A stretch of DNA of 64,000 bases, from the NCBI GenBank assembly GCA_016209895.1, contig JACQVH010000157.1, forward strand, positions 4,206-68,205, given 5' to 3'. The notes beneath the pieces were generated by a model, which worked only from the letters and a program-made list of their open reading frames with translations, was not told the DNA's origin and ran no database searches. This document shows positions 39,558 through 49,778 of this stretch, piece by piece. Each line of letters starts with the position of its first letter. The stretch's first letter is position 1. A program made the translations under genes and the position numbers. The stretch comes from Candidatus Hydrogenedentota bacterium (lineage in GTDB: Bacteria > Hydrogenedentota > Hydrogenedentia > Hydrogenedentales > SLHB01).

Positions 39558-39801
39558 AGGTAAACGTCAGTTGGGTGGTGTGGGGCCGCTGAAACCTCGT
39601 ACACCGCCGGCAATGGCGATTCCGCCCTTTTTCCAAGTCTTTCCGGTAAGACGGCCATTTTCAAAGGTCATTTCCGCATAGTAGCCGCTGGGATTGACCC
39701 AACGATAGCCTTCGGACAGTCGTTGTGAACTGGTTCTCGGCTGAACCAAGGCCGCCTTCCGCTGTGCCGCGGATTGCCATTCGCTATGCAAAAGTTCACC
39801 G

Positions 39802-40809
39802 CTAATAGCGGACCTCTTGTACTTTGCCTTCCATCTGTTCTGGAGTCAGGGCGGAAGCGACGTCAGCCTTGTTGACTGCGAGTAGCAGACAGTCCTTGCC
39901 CTCGGCAGCCGCCCACGAAAAGCCGAACGAGACCGGTTTTCCGCCTTTCACAGAGAACCCTCCACCGAACCCACCACCTCCAATACCAAACGCGCCGCCG
40001 AAACCGCCTCCACCGCCAGCGCCACCACCAAAACCGCCCCCACCACGGACTCCCGCTCTTCTCTGGAGCACTTCGAGTTGCCCCAATTCTTCCAACTTAC
40101 TTTCTTGCGAAGTTACCGGCGCGCCGCACTTGGGTGCTTCGACGACGACCAGGATTCTCTCTGATTCTTTCACATGTTCAATTCGATAAGCGTATTTCGC
40201 CAGAGCGCCGACAATCGCCTGACGAAGCTTTTGGACTTTATCGGCGTCGAATCCCCTGTCGGGAGAAACGGCCGAAGAAGTCATAATGCCCTTATCTCCG
40301 CCAGTCCCCGTCACTGAGTTGGTCCCCACGACAATTCTTCTCCCTTTGTCGGTAACAATCACCCCTTTTCGTCCCATTGAATCTAAAGCCATCGAAGATT
40401 CGGATATCTGAACCGGCCCGGAGTGTTTCTCCCACAAGTCTTCGTCCCCCTTGGGAGTCTCAGGCTGCTCTTGGGGCGTTTCCGGTTCAACGATGCAGAA
40501 ATTGACGCGAATGGTGAAGACCGCGCCAACCGTGGGTATATATTGCGCCTTGGTCAATGGTTCGAACAGGTTTAGATCGGCGAACGGCGCCTGCCAATCC
40601 TTCAGACCCGATTGATTGATGCTATCTTCCATGACCTTCGCCATGGTAAGCACCTCGTTCTCGGCGGCCGCGGTCTGTTCCGTCGCGTCAGGGCTGGGGG
40701 GCTGGCTTGCGGACGGCACCTCCTGAGCATACGCGGCCGTGAATAGTCCACCGAATACCGCAACGCAGGTTACCGCCGACCAAATTCGATTTTCGTTCGC
40801 ATAGCACAT
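39802..40809 (-). CDS. Hypothetical exported protein, third gene of the ECF operon
   Basis: Signal peptide (AYA|Q), Gly-rich segment; AAGGAG SD. Confidence 0.7.
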   Translation of the reverse strand: MCYANENRIWSAVTCVAVFGGLFTAAYAQEVPSASQPPSPDATEQTAAAENEVLTMAKVMEDSINQSGLKDWQAPFADLNLFEPLTKAQYIPTVGAVFTIRVNFCIVEPETPQEQPETPKGDEDLWEKHSGPVQISESSMALDSMGRKGVIVTDKGRRIVVGTNSVTGTGGDKGIMTSSAVSPDRGFDADKVQKLRQAIVGALAKYAYRIEHVKESERILVVVEAPKCGAPVTSQESKLEELGQLEVLQRRAGVRGGGGFGGGAGGGGGFGGAFGIGGGGFGGGFSVKGGKPVSFGFSWAAAEGKDCLLLAVNKADVASALTPEQMEGKVQEVRY

Positions 40810-40833
40810 AACGTATCTCCTTTGAATAAGTAT

Positions 40834-41484
40834 TCAATTCTCGTCGTGCATTGGACTTTCCGCCGGGGCGATGCCGCTCGTCAGTTGAAGCAAACCTTGA
40901 ATATCCCAGTATCTCGCGACGCTTTCCGCCCGCTGGTTATACGCAAGGCGAACAGCCGCAGTTTGGAGCTGATCCCGGAGAGCGGCGTTCTCGACTGCCA
41001 ATATTTCGATTTGCGCCGCGACGATATTAGCGGCTTCTTCGAGCCGGTGGGTTCTGTCTTGCAGGGCGAGTAACTCCTCGCGCTGCACCGTACCGATCGT
41101 GGTGGGAACTTCTTGCCGCCATCGGAAAGTAACGTCGCCGATGCTCACCGAGAATCGTGCCTGGGACACGAGCAACCCCAGCAGTACGGCAGCGGCCGCC
41201 ACCCCATAGGACCAGCCACGCCGGAAACGCGGAGACGGTCGCTCGTTCCGGAATCCGGAGGCGGCAGCACCAGTTTCGCTCTCGAACACTTGAACGGTTG
41301 CCGGGGAGTGCGGAACCGGTTCGTTCGCCCAACGAGAGACGCCTTCCACCACGGCACGAAGCGCGGCGACCTCATCCGGGGATTGGCGCATCTCGGCTTC
41401 CACGGCGTCACGTTCTTCCGGCGGAATATCTCCTAAAAGGTAAGCGAGCCAGCGTTCACGTTGTTTATCACTAGTACTCATCAC
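40834..41484 (-). CDS. Putative membrane anti-sigma factor
   Basis: N-terminal LAYLLGDI..EE..AVE helix (zf-HC2-like but without Cys/His), one TM; overlaps the sigma gene. Confidence 0.7.
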   Translation of the reverse strand: MMSTSDKQRERWLAYLLGDIPPEERDAVEAEMRQSPDEVAALRAVVEGVSRWANEPVPHSPATVQVFESETGAAASGFRNERPSPRFRRGWSYGVAAAAVLLGLLVSQARFSVSIGDVTFRWRQEVPTTIGTVQREELLALQDRTHRLEEAANIVAAQIEILAVENAALRDQLQTAAVRLAYNQRAESVARYWDIQGLLQLTSGIAPAESPMHDEN

Positions 41485-42089
41485 TTGGGACTCCTATTTG
41501 GTAGCACCGAATGGTCCAAAGACTGGCGCAACCGCTGCAGCAACGTGTAAATACGACTCTTCATGGTCGTCTCCGGGACGCGGTGCACTTCGGCGATCTC
41601 GCGGTAGCTCATGTTTAGATTAAACCGTTGTAGCAATAGCTCACGTTCACTCGGCGCAAGCTGGCTAATGGCCATTTGTATCTGCTGATTCAATTCCGTG
41701 CGTACCGCGTGCGCACCGGGATCGAGTGCCGGGTCCACCATTTCGACCGAGGGTACCTGCGCCACTCCGGAATGCCCTTTCTTGGTCTGCCACGTCGAAA
41801 GGACGTTGCCGGCGATCCGGAAGAGCCACGTCGAAAAGGCATAGCTGGGATTGTACGTTGCGCGGTAGCGGTACAGACGCAGGAAAATCTCCTGACGCAG
41901 GTCTTTTGCCGCTTCGGGATCGCCGGTGGCCTTGGTCAAATACGCCAATAGACGATAGTCCCAGCGCCGGACCAATTCGGTGAACGCCGCCGCCTCGCCG
42001 TTCCGCGAGGCTTGCTGCATCAGTTCCTTGTCATCCAACGACTGCGTCACGGCTCCATCGGCCCCAACCGCGCCCACCAAAGTCTCCAC
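41481..42089 (-). CDS. ECF RNA polymerase sigma factor
   Basis: AFTELVRR, DLRQEIFLRL, FSTWLFRIA, MSYREIAE..TTMKSR. Confidence 0.92.
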   Translation of the reverse strand: METLVGAVGADGAVTQSLDDKELMQQASRNGEAAAFTELVRRWDYRLLAYLTKATGDPEAAKDLRQEIFLRLYRYRATYNPSYAFSTWLFRIAGNVLSTWQTKKGHSGVAQVPSVEMVDPALDPGAHAVRTELNQQIQMAISQLAPSERELLLQRFNLNMSYREIAEVHRVPETTMKSRIYTLLQRLRQSLDHSVLPNRSPK

Positions 42090-42140
42090 AGCTAATATAC
42101 TTCAGCAACGACGAATTCGACGAAAGTCGTCCCCGATTGT

Positions 42141-42188
42141 CTCACCCCGTCCTTGTTCCCTCCCTCGACGGGGAAGGTTAGGGAGGGG
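42141..42188. repeat. REP-like palindromic element
   Basis: TCCCTCCCTCGACGGGGAAGGTTAGGGAGGGG, similar to the common CCCTCCCC..GGGGAGGG..GGGAGGGG intergenic element. Confidence 0.45.
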
Positions 42189-42360
42189 CCAACGGCGGAA
42201 ACGGACAATGGCTTCACAATCTAGTCTCATTGTAGATTGAATATCGGAAGTTCAAAATGCACGAAATGAGGCGCTGGAGAGGGCGGGAACGAAGACCCTC
42301 CATCCGCCGCAGAGTGCGGGCGCTACAGGGTGGGCGTCCGGGCTAATCGCGGGTACGCGA

Positions 42361-43179
42361 TCAGCGGAACGAGCGGGGTTTTTCCCAGGGACGGAAGGCG
42401 GCGGCGAAGGCGTCAAGCGTGCCTTCAAAGAAGATGATGCTGCCTCGAATAGTGGAGCGCTCGCCGACCTCGAGATCCTTGAACTTGGGGTCGGCATGGA
42501 GACACGGATGCTTTGAATTGCCGATGACGGAGACCGTATCGTCGTACCAGGTCATGGCCACTAGTCGTTGAGCGCGGTTCGATTCTGCCAACATTAGCGG
42601 CCAGTCCAGAATCTTCGGACCGCCCCGCCAGCCAAGTCCATATTGTCCCGACGCACCATTGCATTGGCGCGCATCCGGGAAGGATTTCCACCCGTGGCCG
42701 GCCACGTGCACCCGCTTGTTATTCATGGTGTAATCGGCGAATTCACGGCACGCGCGCAGGAAGAGGCACGTCTGGAGCGTGATGTTCTTCAGCGGTTGCG
42801 AGGTGCCATTCTCTATATAGAGCCGTAGCCCCGCGCAGAGATCATTTTCTTTCGTCACGCTCCCGCCGAAACACACACCGTTCGGTAATAAGCGTTCGAA
42901 AGCAATGCCCCCTTCGCAGGTCTGCCATGGCACCGCTGGCAAATCGGTGTACAGCGACCCGACGCCGGGATTCACGTGACTCAAAAACACAAGCCCCTGA
43001 TTCGTGAAGATCGCTTCGGGGAAATCCAGCCAGACGTAGTCCTGACTCGGCCAAGGCGGGCTGATCCACGCAATCTGCTCAAAGGGATAATGGGGACGCC
43101 AATGGCCCGGTAGAATTCGCAATCCTTTCGCCTGCGTCTCGTACGTCTCCCGCATTCGATACAACTCTCCTGTGCTCAA
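42361..43179 (-). CDS. Hypothetical protein
   Basis: 272-codon ORF with protein-like composition that fills the interval; no motif recognised. Confidence 0.65.
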   Translation of the reverse strand: MSTGELYRMRETYETQAKGLRILPGHWRPHYPFEQIAWISPPWPSQDYVWLDFPEAIFTNQGLVFLSHVNPGVGSLYTDLPAVPWQTCEGGIAFERLLPNGVCFGGSVTKENDLCAGLRLYIENGTSQPLKNITLQTCLFLRACREFADYTMNNKRVHVAGHGWKSFPDARQCNGASGQYGLGWRGGPKILDWPLMLAESNRAQRLVAMTWYDDTVSVIGNSKHPCLHADPKFKDLEVGERSTIRGSIIFFEGTLDAFAAAFRPWEKPRSFR

Positions 43180-43267
43180 AATCTATCCCGGAAAATAGAA
43201 GCAGGCCCACGGGCCTCTTTGAATTCTACACGACACGAGACCGAGATTCGAATTATGCTTGCCCTTC

Positions 43268-43373
43268 TGTCATTCTGACACTGCCGCGGCAAACGACAAA
43301 AATCTTATTCGACACAAGGTGCTAGGGATGAGCGATTGCCACGTCGCTCCCTGTGCTCGCTCCTCGCAACGAC
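43268..43373. repeat. Degenerate RPE-like palindromic element
   Basis: TGTCATTCTGA ... GATTGCCACGTCGCTCC..TCGCTCCTCGCAACGAC, resembling the GTCATTGCGAG...GATTGCCACGTCGCTTCGCTCCTCGCAATGAC family. Confidence 0.55.
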
Positions 43374-43449
43374 GATTTTGGCGCTTTTTTCGACTGGATA
43401 GGAACAGGGTGGGTCAAAACACTAGACGAATTGGGGTAGACTGATAAAT

Positions 43450-45759
43450 ATGAAACCGAACAAGCGCCAAAAGCGTGCCAAAGCCATCCGACCGGCACGG
43501 AAGGGAGGGCAAATTGCCGATGCGTTCGTTCTGGCGAATCGCCACTTGCGCGTGGCCATGTCGAGCGAATCCAAGGGCGGGCTGAATCGCCTCGTGGACG
43601 TCGCGACGCGACAAAACTTCATCCTTCCTGGAAAGCGGCCGCTTTACCGACTCGTGCTGTCACGAGAGGGCCGGGACCCGATGACCGTAAGCGCGTTGGA
43701 CGCGACGGACTTCCGTTTCGGCATTCTATCGTCGTCGCAAGGCGAGTCCGCGGCGCTCACGTACTGCACGCACCGGAAGCTGGCTCTCGACGTTACCTGC
43801 CGCGTGATGCTCGACAAGGATTCGCGGTTGAGTCGTTGGCGTATCGCGATTTCCAATCGTACGGAATACGCAGTACGCGCCATTCACTTTCCCATTATTG
43901 TCGCGCTGCCGAACTTGGGCAAAAACGGCGAAGACGACGTATACGTTTCCGGCGCGGGGTACGGTCTTATCGCACGGAATCCAGGCAAGATGCTGCTGGG
44001 GAAGAAGACACCAGCCCCGGAACCGCCAGAACCGGGTATCGAGGAACTGGGCAAACAGTTCTGTCAGTCGGTCTATCCCGGCCCGATCTTTGTCCAGATG
44101 CACACCTATTACGATTCGACCGCTGGAATATACATTGCCGCACACGATTCCGGGGCAAATCTCAAGAGTCTCCGATACGCGGCGGCCGAAGGCGAAGAGG
44201 GCATAGACCTCTCGCTCGTCCATTACTACGACGAGACGCCCAGCCTCTCCTTCGAACTTCCATACGATATCGTTCTCGGCACGTTTCGCGGCGATTGGTA
44301 CGACGCCGCGGATATTTATAAGGAATGGGCTCACAAACAACACTGGTGCGCCCGAAAACTGTCCGAACGGGACGACGTCCCGGCGTGGTTCAAAGAGCCG
44401 CGTCCGCACCTAATGGTCATCAGTCGCGGCGGGGTAGACCGCGCGCAAGCCACCTTGCCGTGCCCACCCTCGGAATTCCCGCTGGGAAAATTCTGGCCCG
44501 CGCGGAAACTGCCTCCGATCATGGACCGCTACGCAAAAGCGCTGGGCAGCCCGGTCATCGTCTGGCTGGAAGGCTGGGAGAAGATCGGCTCGCCGGGAGG
44601 TCCCGTCGAAATATTTCCGCCGTACGAAGGCGGAAAGAGTTTCAAAGCGGCGATTCAGGAATTGAATGACGCAGGGCACGTGGTCCAGCTCTATCTCGCG
44701 GCATTTCATTGGTGTTATCGCCGCCCGACCACCGGCTACTATGGCGAGGATCAGTTTGAGCGTGAGGGTCGCCAACTGGCGGCCGTCAATGCGAACGGTG
44801 AAATCGAGAAGTTCGTCTTTCCGAGTGGGCAAAAGCACGCGGTCAATCTTTGCGTGGGATGTGATCAAGTCCAGGAACTTTACCGGGAAAATTTCCGAAA
44901 GCTGTTGGACTATGGCGCGACTTGGCTGCAACTGGATCAACAAGGCGGCCTCTATACGCCGGTATGCTACAGCCGTGACCACGGACACCCGGCGGGTTAC
45001 GGACCGTGGATGTACCGGTCCATGCTCGAATTTACTCGCCGCATACGTGCAGACGCGCGGCGTCGCAATCCGCGAGCGGCCTACACCTGTGAATCCGCGT
45101 GCGAGGTCTGGATTCAGGAAATTGACGCCTTCATGAATCGCCCCTATTTGTGCGGCGACGTGATCGAGGCCTTGCCACTCTTCGAATACATTTATCACGA
45201 GTATGCGATCACTTACGGCGGCGACGTCTGCATGTGGCTGGCCCACCGCGACGCCGCCTGTCTTAAACACGCGATGTGCTGCATCTACGGCATGCAGAAT
45301 CTCATAAGCATCGGCGAGCCAGACTACGACATTGACGTCGAGGAAGCCAAGCATCCGGGGATCCCCTTGTTGAAGGAAATCATCGCGGCACAGCGCACTT
45401 ACGCGCGCGATTATCTGGTATTGGGCCAGATGAAACATCCGATCCCCGTCGAGGTTCAATCCATTCCCATCGAATTCTGGTGGCCGCCCACCGCGCCGAC
45501 TATCCGTATGATGTTTAAGCAGGTTCCCCTGATCGTACACGGCTCTTGGCAAGCTCAGGACGGTCGCGTCGGCCACGTCCTGGTAAATTGGAGTGGGGAA
45601 GAGGTCGAGGCCGAAGTGTCGCTCGGAGACGCGAACAGATCAATCACCAAAGTCACGAGCGGCGGACGCCAGGCGGTGCCGCGAAAGCGACTCACAAAAG
45701 ACCGCCTCCAAGTGTCGCTACGCCCACGCAGCGTAATGCTCTTGGAACAGGCCCTGTGA
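43450..45759 (+). CDS. DUF6259-like putative glycoside hydrolase
   Basis: N-terminal beta-sandwich, GDWYDAADIYKEWA, LQLDQ, CYSRDHGHP, PLFEYIYHEY. Confidence 0.65.
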   Translation: MKPNKRQKRAKAIRPARKGGQIADAFVLANRHLRVAMSSESKGGLNRLVDVATRQNFILPGKRPLYRLVLSREGRDPMTVSALDATDFRFGILSSSQGESAALTYCTHRKLALDVTCRVMLDKDSRLSRWRIAISNRTEYAVRAIHFPIIVALPNLGKNGEDDVYVSGAGYGLIARNPGKMLLGKKTPAPEPPEPGIEELGKQFCQSVYPGPIFVQMHTYYDSTAGIYIAAHDSGANLKSLRYAAAEGEEGIDLSLVHYYDETPSLSFELPYDIVLGTFRGDWYDAADIYKEWAHKQHWCARKLSERDDVPAWFKEPRPHLMVISRGGVDRAQATLPCPPSEFPLGKFWPARKLPPIMDRYAKALGSPVIVWLEGWEKIGSPGGPVEIFPPYEGGKSFKAAIQELNDAGHVVQLYLAAFHWCYRRPTTGYYGEDQFEREGRQLAAVNANGEIEKFVFPSGQKHAVNLCVGCDQVQELYRENFRKLLDYGATWLQLDQQGGLYTPVCYSRDHGHPAGYGPWMYRSMLEFTRRIRADARRRNPRAAYTCESACEVWIQEIDAFMNRPYLCGDVIEALPLFEYIYHEYAITYGGDVCMWLAHRDAACLKHAMCCIYGMQNLISIGEPDYDIDVEEAKHPGIPLLKEIIAAQRTYARDYLVLGQMKHPIPVEVQSIPIEFWWPPTAPTIRMMFKQVPLIVHGSWQAQDGRVGHVLVNWSGEEVEAEVSLGDANRSITKVTSGGRQAVPRKRLTKDRLQVSLRPRSVMLLEQAL

Positions 45760-45767
45760 ACTAGACG

Positions 45768-47543
45768 ATGCCCTTCGAGGGACAGAGTCCGCGTGAAAGC
45801 CTGAGCGATTTTTGTCGCGGTGTGCATTTCTGTCTGGTGCTTGTACTGTACCCACTCGTGTTTTCCTTTCGATTGATGTCATTCCTGCATGCCAAGGAGG
45901 CTCTGTTTGCTGTCGGGCTGTGCCTGGCGGCAATCCTGATTCTGTGGCGCGGTAGACTAACTACCGACGGTCTGCGCGCGTTCCTGCCGTTGTGGGTATT
46001 GACTATCACGGGTGTGGTGATTCATCTCCTGGTGCGGCCTTGTAGAGTTCCGGAGGACGCCATAATCGCGCTCGCACGACAAGCACTGGTGTTAACCGGA
46101 GTCGCGCTCGCCTTCGACCTTCTCGCCGGTACGCAATGGCGAAAGCGAATGATGCTCGCCATCGGGATCGGGACCGCTTTGACGGCCCTGTTCGGACTTT
46201 TGCAATACGCAGGACTCGTGTCCTTCATGTTTCCGAGGTTCCCCGGTTATCACCAGCCCATCTACTCCGTGTTTGGCAACCAGGACTTGTACGGAGGTTT
46301 CCTGGTATTGGGGCTGCCCGTATGGTTCGACCGGTTTCTTCGCAAAAAGAAGACCGATGGGCTCACCTTACTAGCCCTCGCACTGATCGTGCCGGGACTT
46401 CTACTTTCAGGCTGCCGGTCGGCATGGCTAGCCACGATCCCAGCCGTAATGTTGGCCGTTCCGGTCCAAGGACATTTCCCGAAAACTGCGCGGTTGGGCA
46501 CGCTGGTACTGGCACTTGCCATTGGGACGTTGGTCATCGCGCCCGCCGCCACCATCGGGCGCATCACACATACCTTCGCGTCAGACGACGAGGGGACCCG
46601 TGCGCGACTGTGGTTCTGGGACGGGACGGTCCGCATGGTCCGCGACCAGCCATTCGTCGGTGTCGGGCCCGGCAATTACGCTTATTGGAGTCCAAGCTAT
46701 CTGGGCGAAGCGCTGCACGCGCCGGACGGTGATGACCACTACCATAACGAACGGATGACCGATCACCCACATTCGGAACCGCTCCGCCTATTCGCGGAGA
46801 CGGGATTCCTGGGATTCACTTTGGCGCTCTGGATGCTGTGGCGAATTCCTCGCCGTAGAGGGCCGGAGTGGGGGGGACTAGTTGCACTTTTTGTGTTCTC
46901 ACTCTTCAACGGAGCTCTGGAAAGCCTCCCTCACGCCTTCATAGGTGTACTTTACATCGGTATGCTTCTGGCAACGCCGAATAGCCCGAAAAACCTCCCA
47001 GAGTATCCGGCAACCGCAGTAGAATCACGGCTATTACCGTTCGGACTGACAGGATTGAGTTTCGCGCTGTACGCGTTTCATGCCTGGGCGGTGCTTCTCC
47101 CGAGTCATTGGTTGCGCGCGGCGGAGGATTTGAACCTCGCGGGCAAGCCGGCCCTGTCCGCCTACGAACGTGTCCTCGCGCATGGATGGGTCAGTGCGGC
47201 CGCCCACGAAAAGTATGCGATTGCTCTCGCGGAGGCCGGTCGCAACCCCGAGGCCAAACAGCAATTCGAGGCTGCGCTCGACGGTGCGGATTGGGGACAG
47301 CTCTACCTGGGTCTGGGGTCGCTCGCCGTCGAATCCGGAGACCTCGAAGCCGCGCGAGACTGGCTGCACGAATGTCTTTGGCGTTGGCCGTCAAGTCCTC
47401 ACGCGTGGCAACTCTTGCTCCAGGCGACGCCGCCAAAAGAGCAGGGAAAACTCATGCCCGAAGCCCGACGATGGCTCAAGCCAAACGAGTACGATGAGTT
47501 GGTCCGAAAGGTCGGAGGTCTAATTCCCGAAGGAGGGCCGTAG
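45768..47543 (+). CDS. O-antigen ligase (Wzy_C) family membrane protein with C-terminal TPRs
   Basis: Multiple TMs, SVFGNQD, SGCRSAW, R..FW..PFVGVGPGNY, HPHSE..AETG. Confidence 0.85.
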   Translation: MPFEGQSPRESLSDFCRGVHFCLVLVLYPLVFSFRLMSFLHAKEALFAVGLCLAAILILWRGRLTTDGLRAFLPLWVLTITGVVIHLLVRPCRVPEDAIIALARQALVLTGVALAFDLLAGTQWRKRMMLAIGIGTALTALFGLLQYAGLVSFMFPRFPGYHQPIYSVFGNQDLYGGFLVLGLPVWFDRFLRKKKTDGLTLLALALIVPGLLLSGCRSAWLATIPAVMLAVPVQGHFPKTARLGTLVLALAIGTLVIAPAATIGRITHTFASDDEGTRARLWFWDGTVRMVRDQPFVGVGPGNYAYWSPSYLGEALHAPDGDDHYHNERMTDHPHSEPLRLFAETGFLGFTLALWMLWRIPRRRGPEWGGLVALFVFSLFNGALESLPHAFIGVLYIGMLLATPNSPKNLPEYPATAVESRLLPFGLTGLSFALYAFHAWAVLLPSHWLRAAEDLNLAGKPALSAYERVLAHGWVSAAAHEKYAIALAEAGRNPEAKQQFEAALDGADWGQLYLGLGSLAVESGDLEAARDWLHECLWRWPSSPHAWQLLLQATPPKEQGKLMPEARRWLKPNEYDELVRKVGGLIPEGGP

Positions 47544-49031
47544 CGCGCCGTACATGGTAAGAACCACCTTCGCTCCCGGATTCCCGGTAATGAGCACTTC
47601 ATACGGATGGTTGGCTTTCACCGGATATCGGAAGATTCGAAAGGGATACGACGGCATGTCTTTGTAAAGGAATGTTTGGGTACCGTCCCGGAACTCGACG
47701 GTGGGCATCGGCGAGGTAGCCTCTCCCTGAATGTCAAGCACCACCCCAGCGACCTTTTTGTCCAGCCAGTTTGATCCGCTGCTGGTCCATTGAACCCGCC
47801 ATGTTGCCGGGATGGGCATTTCCGGCGCGCGGCTGATCCCGGCGTTGGGAACCGCATCATGCGCGGCGGCGTAATGGAGCGTCTGCGGTACCTGCGTGAC
47901 AGCTTCCGTGCCTTCCAAGGCGATTACGAGCGTTACGCCGGCCGTGATCACGAACAGCATCTGGGCCACCCACACTCCCAACGCTTTCGGAAAAGATAAG
48001 CCGAACGCGAGGAGGATAATCAATAGCGACCCGATTGCCGGCAGAATTGGGGCGTATGCAAGGTACGCCATCGGCGACCACGACGACAAGTAGGCCAGCG
48101 CGGCCAAGCCGGTCCCGACGCCGACTACCCTTCCGATAGGTACCTCGTGGGCGCGGAACAAAACCACACTTAATCGAAGAACCAGGGGCCACACTATGAC
48201 CAAGGCGCCGCCGACCAGCACCCGGGTAAACCACAAGGTCTCAGCCAATTCCGCGTACACCGTCGTGTAGTCCTCCGGCGCGCCCAGGTAAACCTGCGTG
48301 TGATCTTCCGGCATGTTCAGGACAAGTTTCGACCGAGCGTACGCCTGCAGCGTGAGGAATAGTCCGGCGGCCAATAGCGCCACCGTGACCAGGCCGAAGG
48401 TAAGCGTCCAGACCCAAGGTTCAACTTTGCGCTTCCGCGCCGGCTTCGGCGTCACCGCCGATGCCGGTCCCGGAGTTGGCGCCAAGCTGCTTACAGTCGC
48501 GTGACATTGCCAGCACCGGTCGAATTCGACACTGTTTTGTGCACCGCAACTCGGGCAAATGCGCATGGCGCGAAGACTGATCCCGCTGTCGCTATCGGCC
48601 AGATGCAGTTCTTCGGAAGGTGATTCTTTCGAAGCCGTTTGGAGCCGTCGCACCGAGCGCGAAGCGAGCGGATGTTGCGGCGACATCTCGAGGATCTCTT
48701 CCCAAACTTTGCCCGCATCGAGGCGGCGCCCCGCCACCTCGAGCACGCGCGCCATTTGCTCGCGCAGCGATACGTCGTTGGGCCAGATGGCAATCGCCGC
48801 CTCCAATTCGGTCACGGACTCCTCGTAACGACCGAGGCGGTAGTAGGTCGCCGATAAATAGCGCAGGACGTTGAGTTTCCGGGTCCATTCCTTCTTGAGC
48901 ACCTGCAAATGTTCCAGCGCCAGGCGATATTCCCAGGCCATATACAGCTTCTTGGCCAGCCGCCAGCGTTGGGCAAAATCATTGGGATGCGCTTCAACGT
49001 AACGCACCAGTTCCCAAAGCTCAGCCATCAA
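47520..49031 (-). CDS. TPR, zinc-ribbon and multi-TM protein
   Basis: N-terminal TPRs, CPSCGAQN..CWQCH, about 6 TM segments, C-terminal soluble domain. Confidence 0.75.
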   Translation of the reverse strand: MMAELWELVRYVEAHPNDFAQRWRLAKKLYMAWEYRLALEHLQVLKKEWTRKLNVLRYLSATYYRLGRYEESVTELEAAIAIWPNDVSLREQMARVLEVAGRRLDAGKVWEEILEMSPQHPLASRSVRRLQTASKESPSEELHLADSDSGISLRAMRICPSCGAQNSVEFDRCWQCHATVSSLAPTPGPASAVTPKPARKRKVEPWVWTLTFGLVTVALLAAGLFLTLQAYARSKLVLNMPEDHTQVYLGAPEDYTTVYAELAETLWFTRVLVGGALVIVWPLVLRLSVVLFRAHEVPIGRVVGVGTGLAALAYLSSWSPMAYLAYAPILPAIGSLLIILLAFGLSFPKALGVWVAQMLFVITAGVTLVIALEGTEAVTQVPQTLHYAAAHDAVPNAGISRAPEMPIPATWRVQWTSSGSNWLDKKVAGVVLDIQGEATSPMPTVEFRDGTQTFLYKDMPSYPFRIFRYPVKANHPYEVLITGNPGAKVVLTMYGALRPSFGN

Positions 49032-49501
49032 TCGTCCCCAAAAATCCGGGCATCACCCGGCTCGTAAACCAGATCATAATTGCGCGCGCCGTCTGACGTT
49101 TCGAGTTGTTTCATGAGTTTCGCCGAGCCCGTAGCGCACACCATACCGCCATCGCGGAGTAAACGACCCTGGGTGTAAACGACGCGCCCGCGGGATTTCA
49201 CCACGTCCGCGTCAACGAGCAGCTCTTCGCCTACGGGAGTCGGATGCCGGAAACGCACCTGGATTTCCCCGGTGGCAGTGGCGCCGCGCGCATAGCAATT
49301 GGCCGCCCAGCCCATAACTTCATCCAACAGAGCAACGACGATCCCTCCATGCGCCACTCCTTGATACCCAGCTAACCAATCCGGCAAAGTCACCCTCGTA
49401 AACACGCGCTGGCCGTCCCGATAGAACTTGAGTTTGAGTCCGGCGGAGTTGTCCACGCCGCACAGAAAACAGGTGCGGCTATTGGGAAGCTGCTGTGTCA
49501 T
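49028..49501 (-). CDS. PaaI-family (hotdog) thioesterase
   Basis: CFLCG..N..GL, GYQGVAHGGIVVALLDEVMG. Confidence 0.9.
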   Translation of the reverse strand: MTQQLPNSRTCFLCGVDNSAGLKLKFYRDGQRVFTRVTLPDWLAGYQGVAHGGIVVALLDEVMGWAANCYARGATATGEIQVRFRHPTPVGEELLVDADVVKSRGRVVYTQGRLLRDGGMVCATGSAKLMKQLETSDGARNYDLVYEPGDARIFGDD

Positions 49502-49761
49502 TTCCTCCTCTTCGCGGCTTTTCGCGCCGCCAGCTTGGCTCGGTTAACTCGTGATTGAAGCACCGTGTTCACCGCCCATGCGACCACTCCGGCGATGGCC
49601 GCGGCAAAGATGGCGCCGAGCCCGACCGCGTAAGACCAAGGGTGAAAGTCATACTTAATTTTCCATGCCGCATAGATACACGGCCCGGACAAGACCACCG
49701 CCACGATCAGGTAAAACCCCCAACCGACCGACTCTAATCTCCTTGCCTCACTCTTATTCAA
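49498..49761 (-). CDS. Small two-TM membrane protein
   Basis: Two hydrophobic helices, basic C-terminus, ATGA overlap with the thioesterase gene. Confidence 0.7.
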   Translation of the reverse strand: MNKSEARRLESVGWGFYLIVAVVLSGPCIYAAWKIKYDFHPWSYAVGLGAIFAAAIAGVVAWAVNTVLQSRVNRAKLAARKAAKRRK

Positions 49762-49778
49762 GACGTAGCCTCGCTTCG

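Noticed and set aside
39950-40045. CCACC/CCGCC-rich repeats, also at 32860-32910
   Set aside because: Simply Gly-rich coding tracts.
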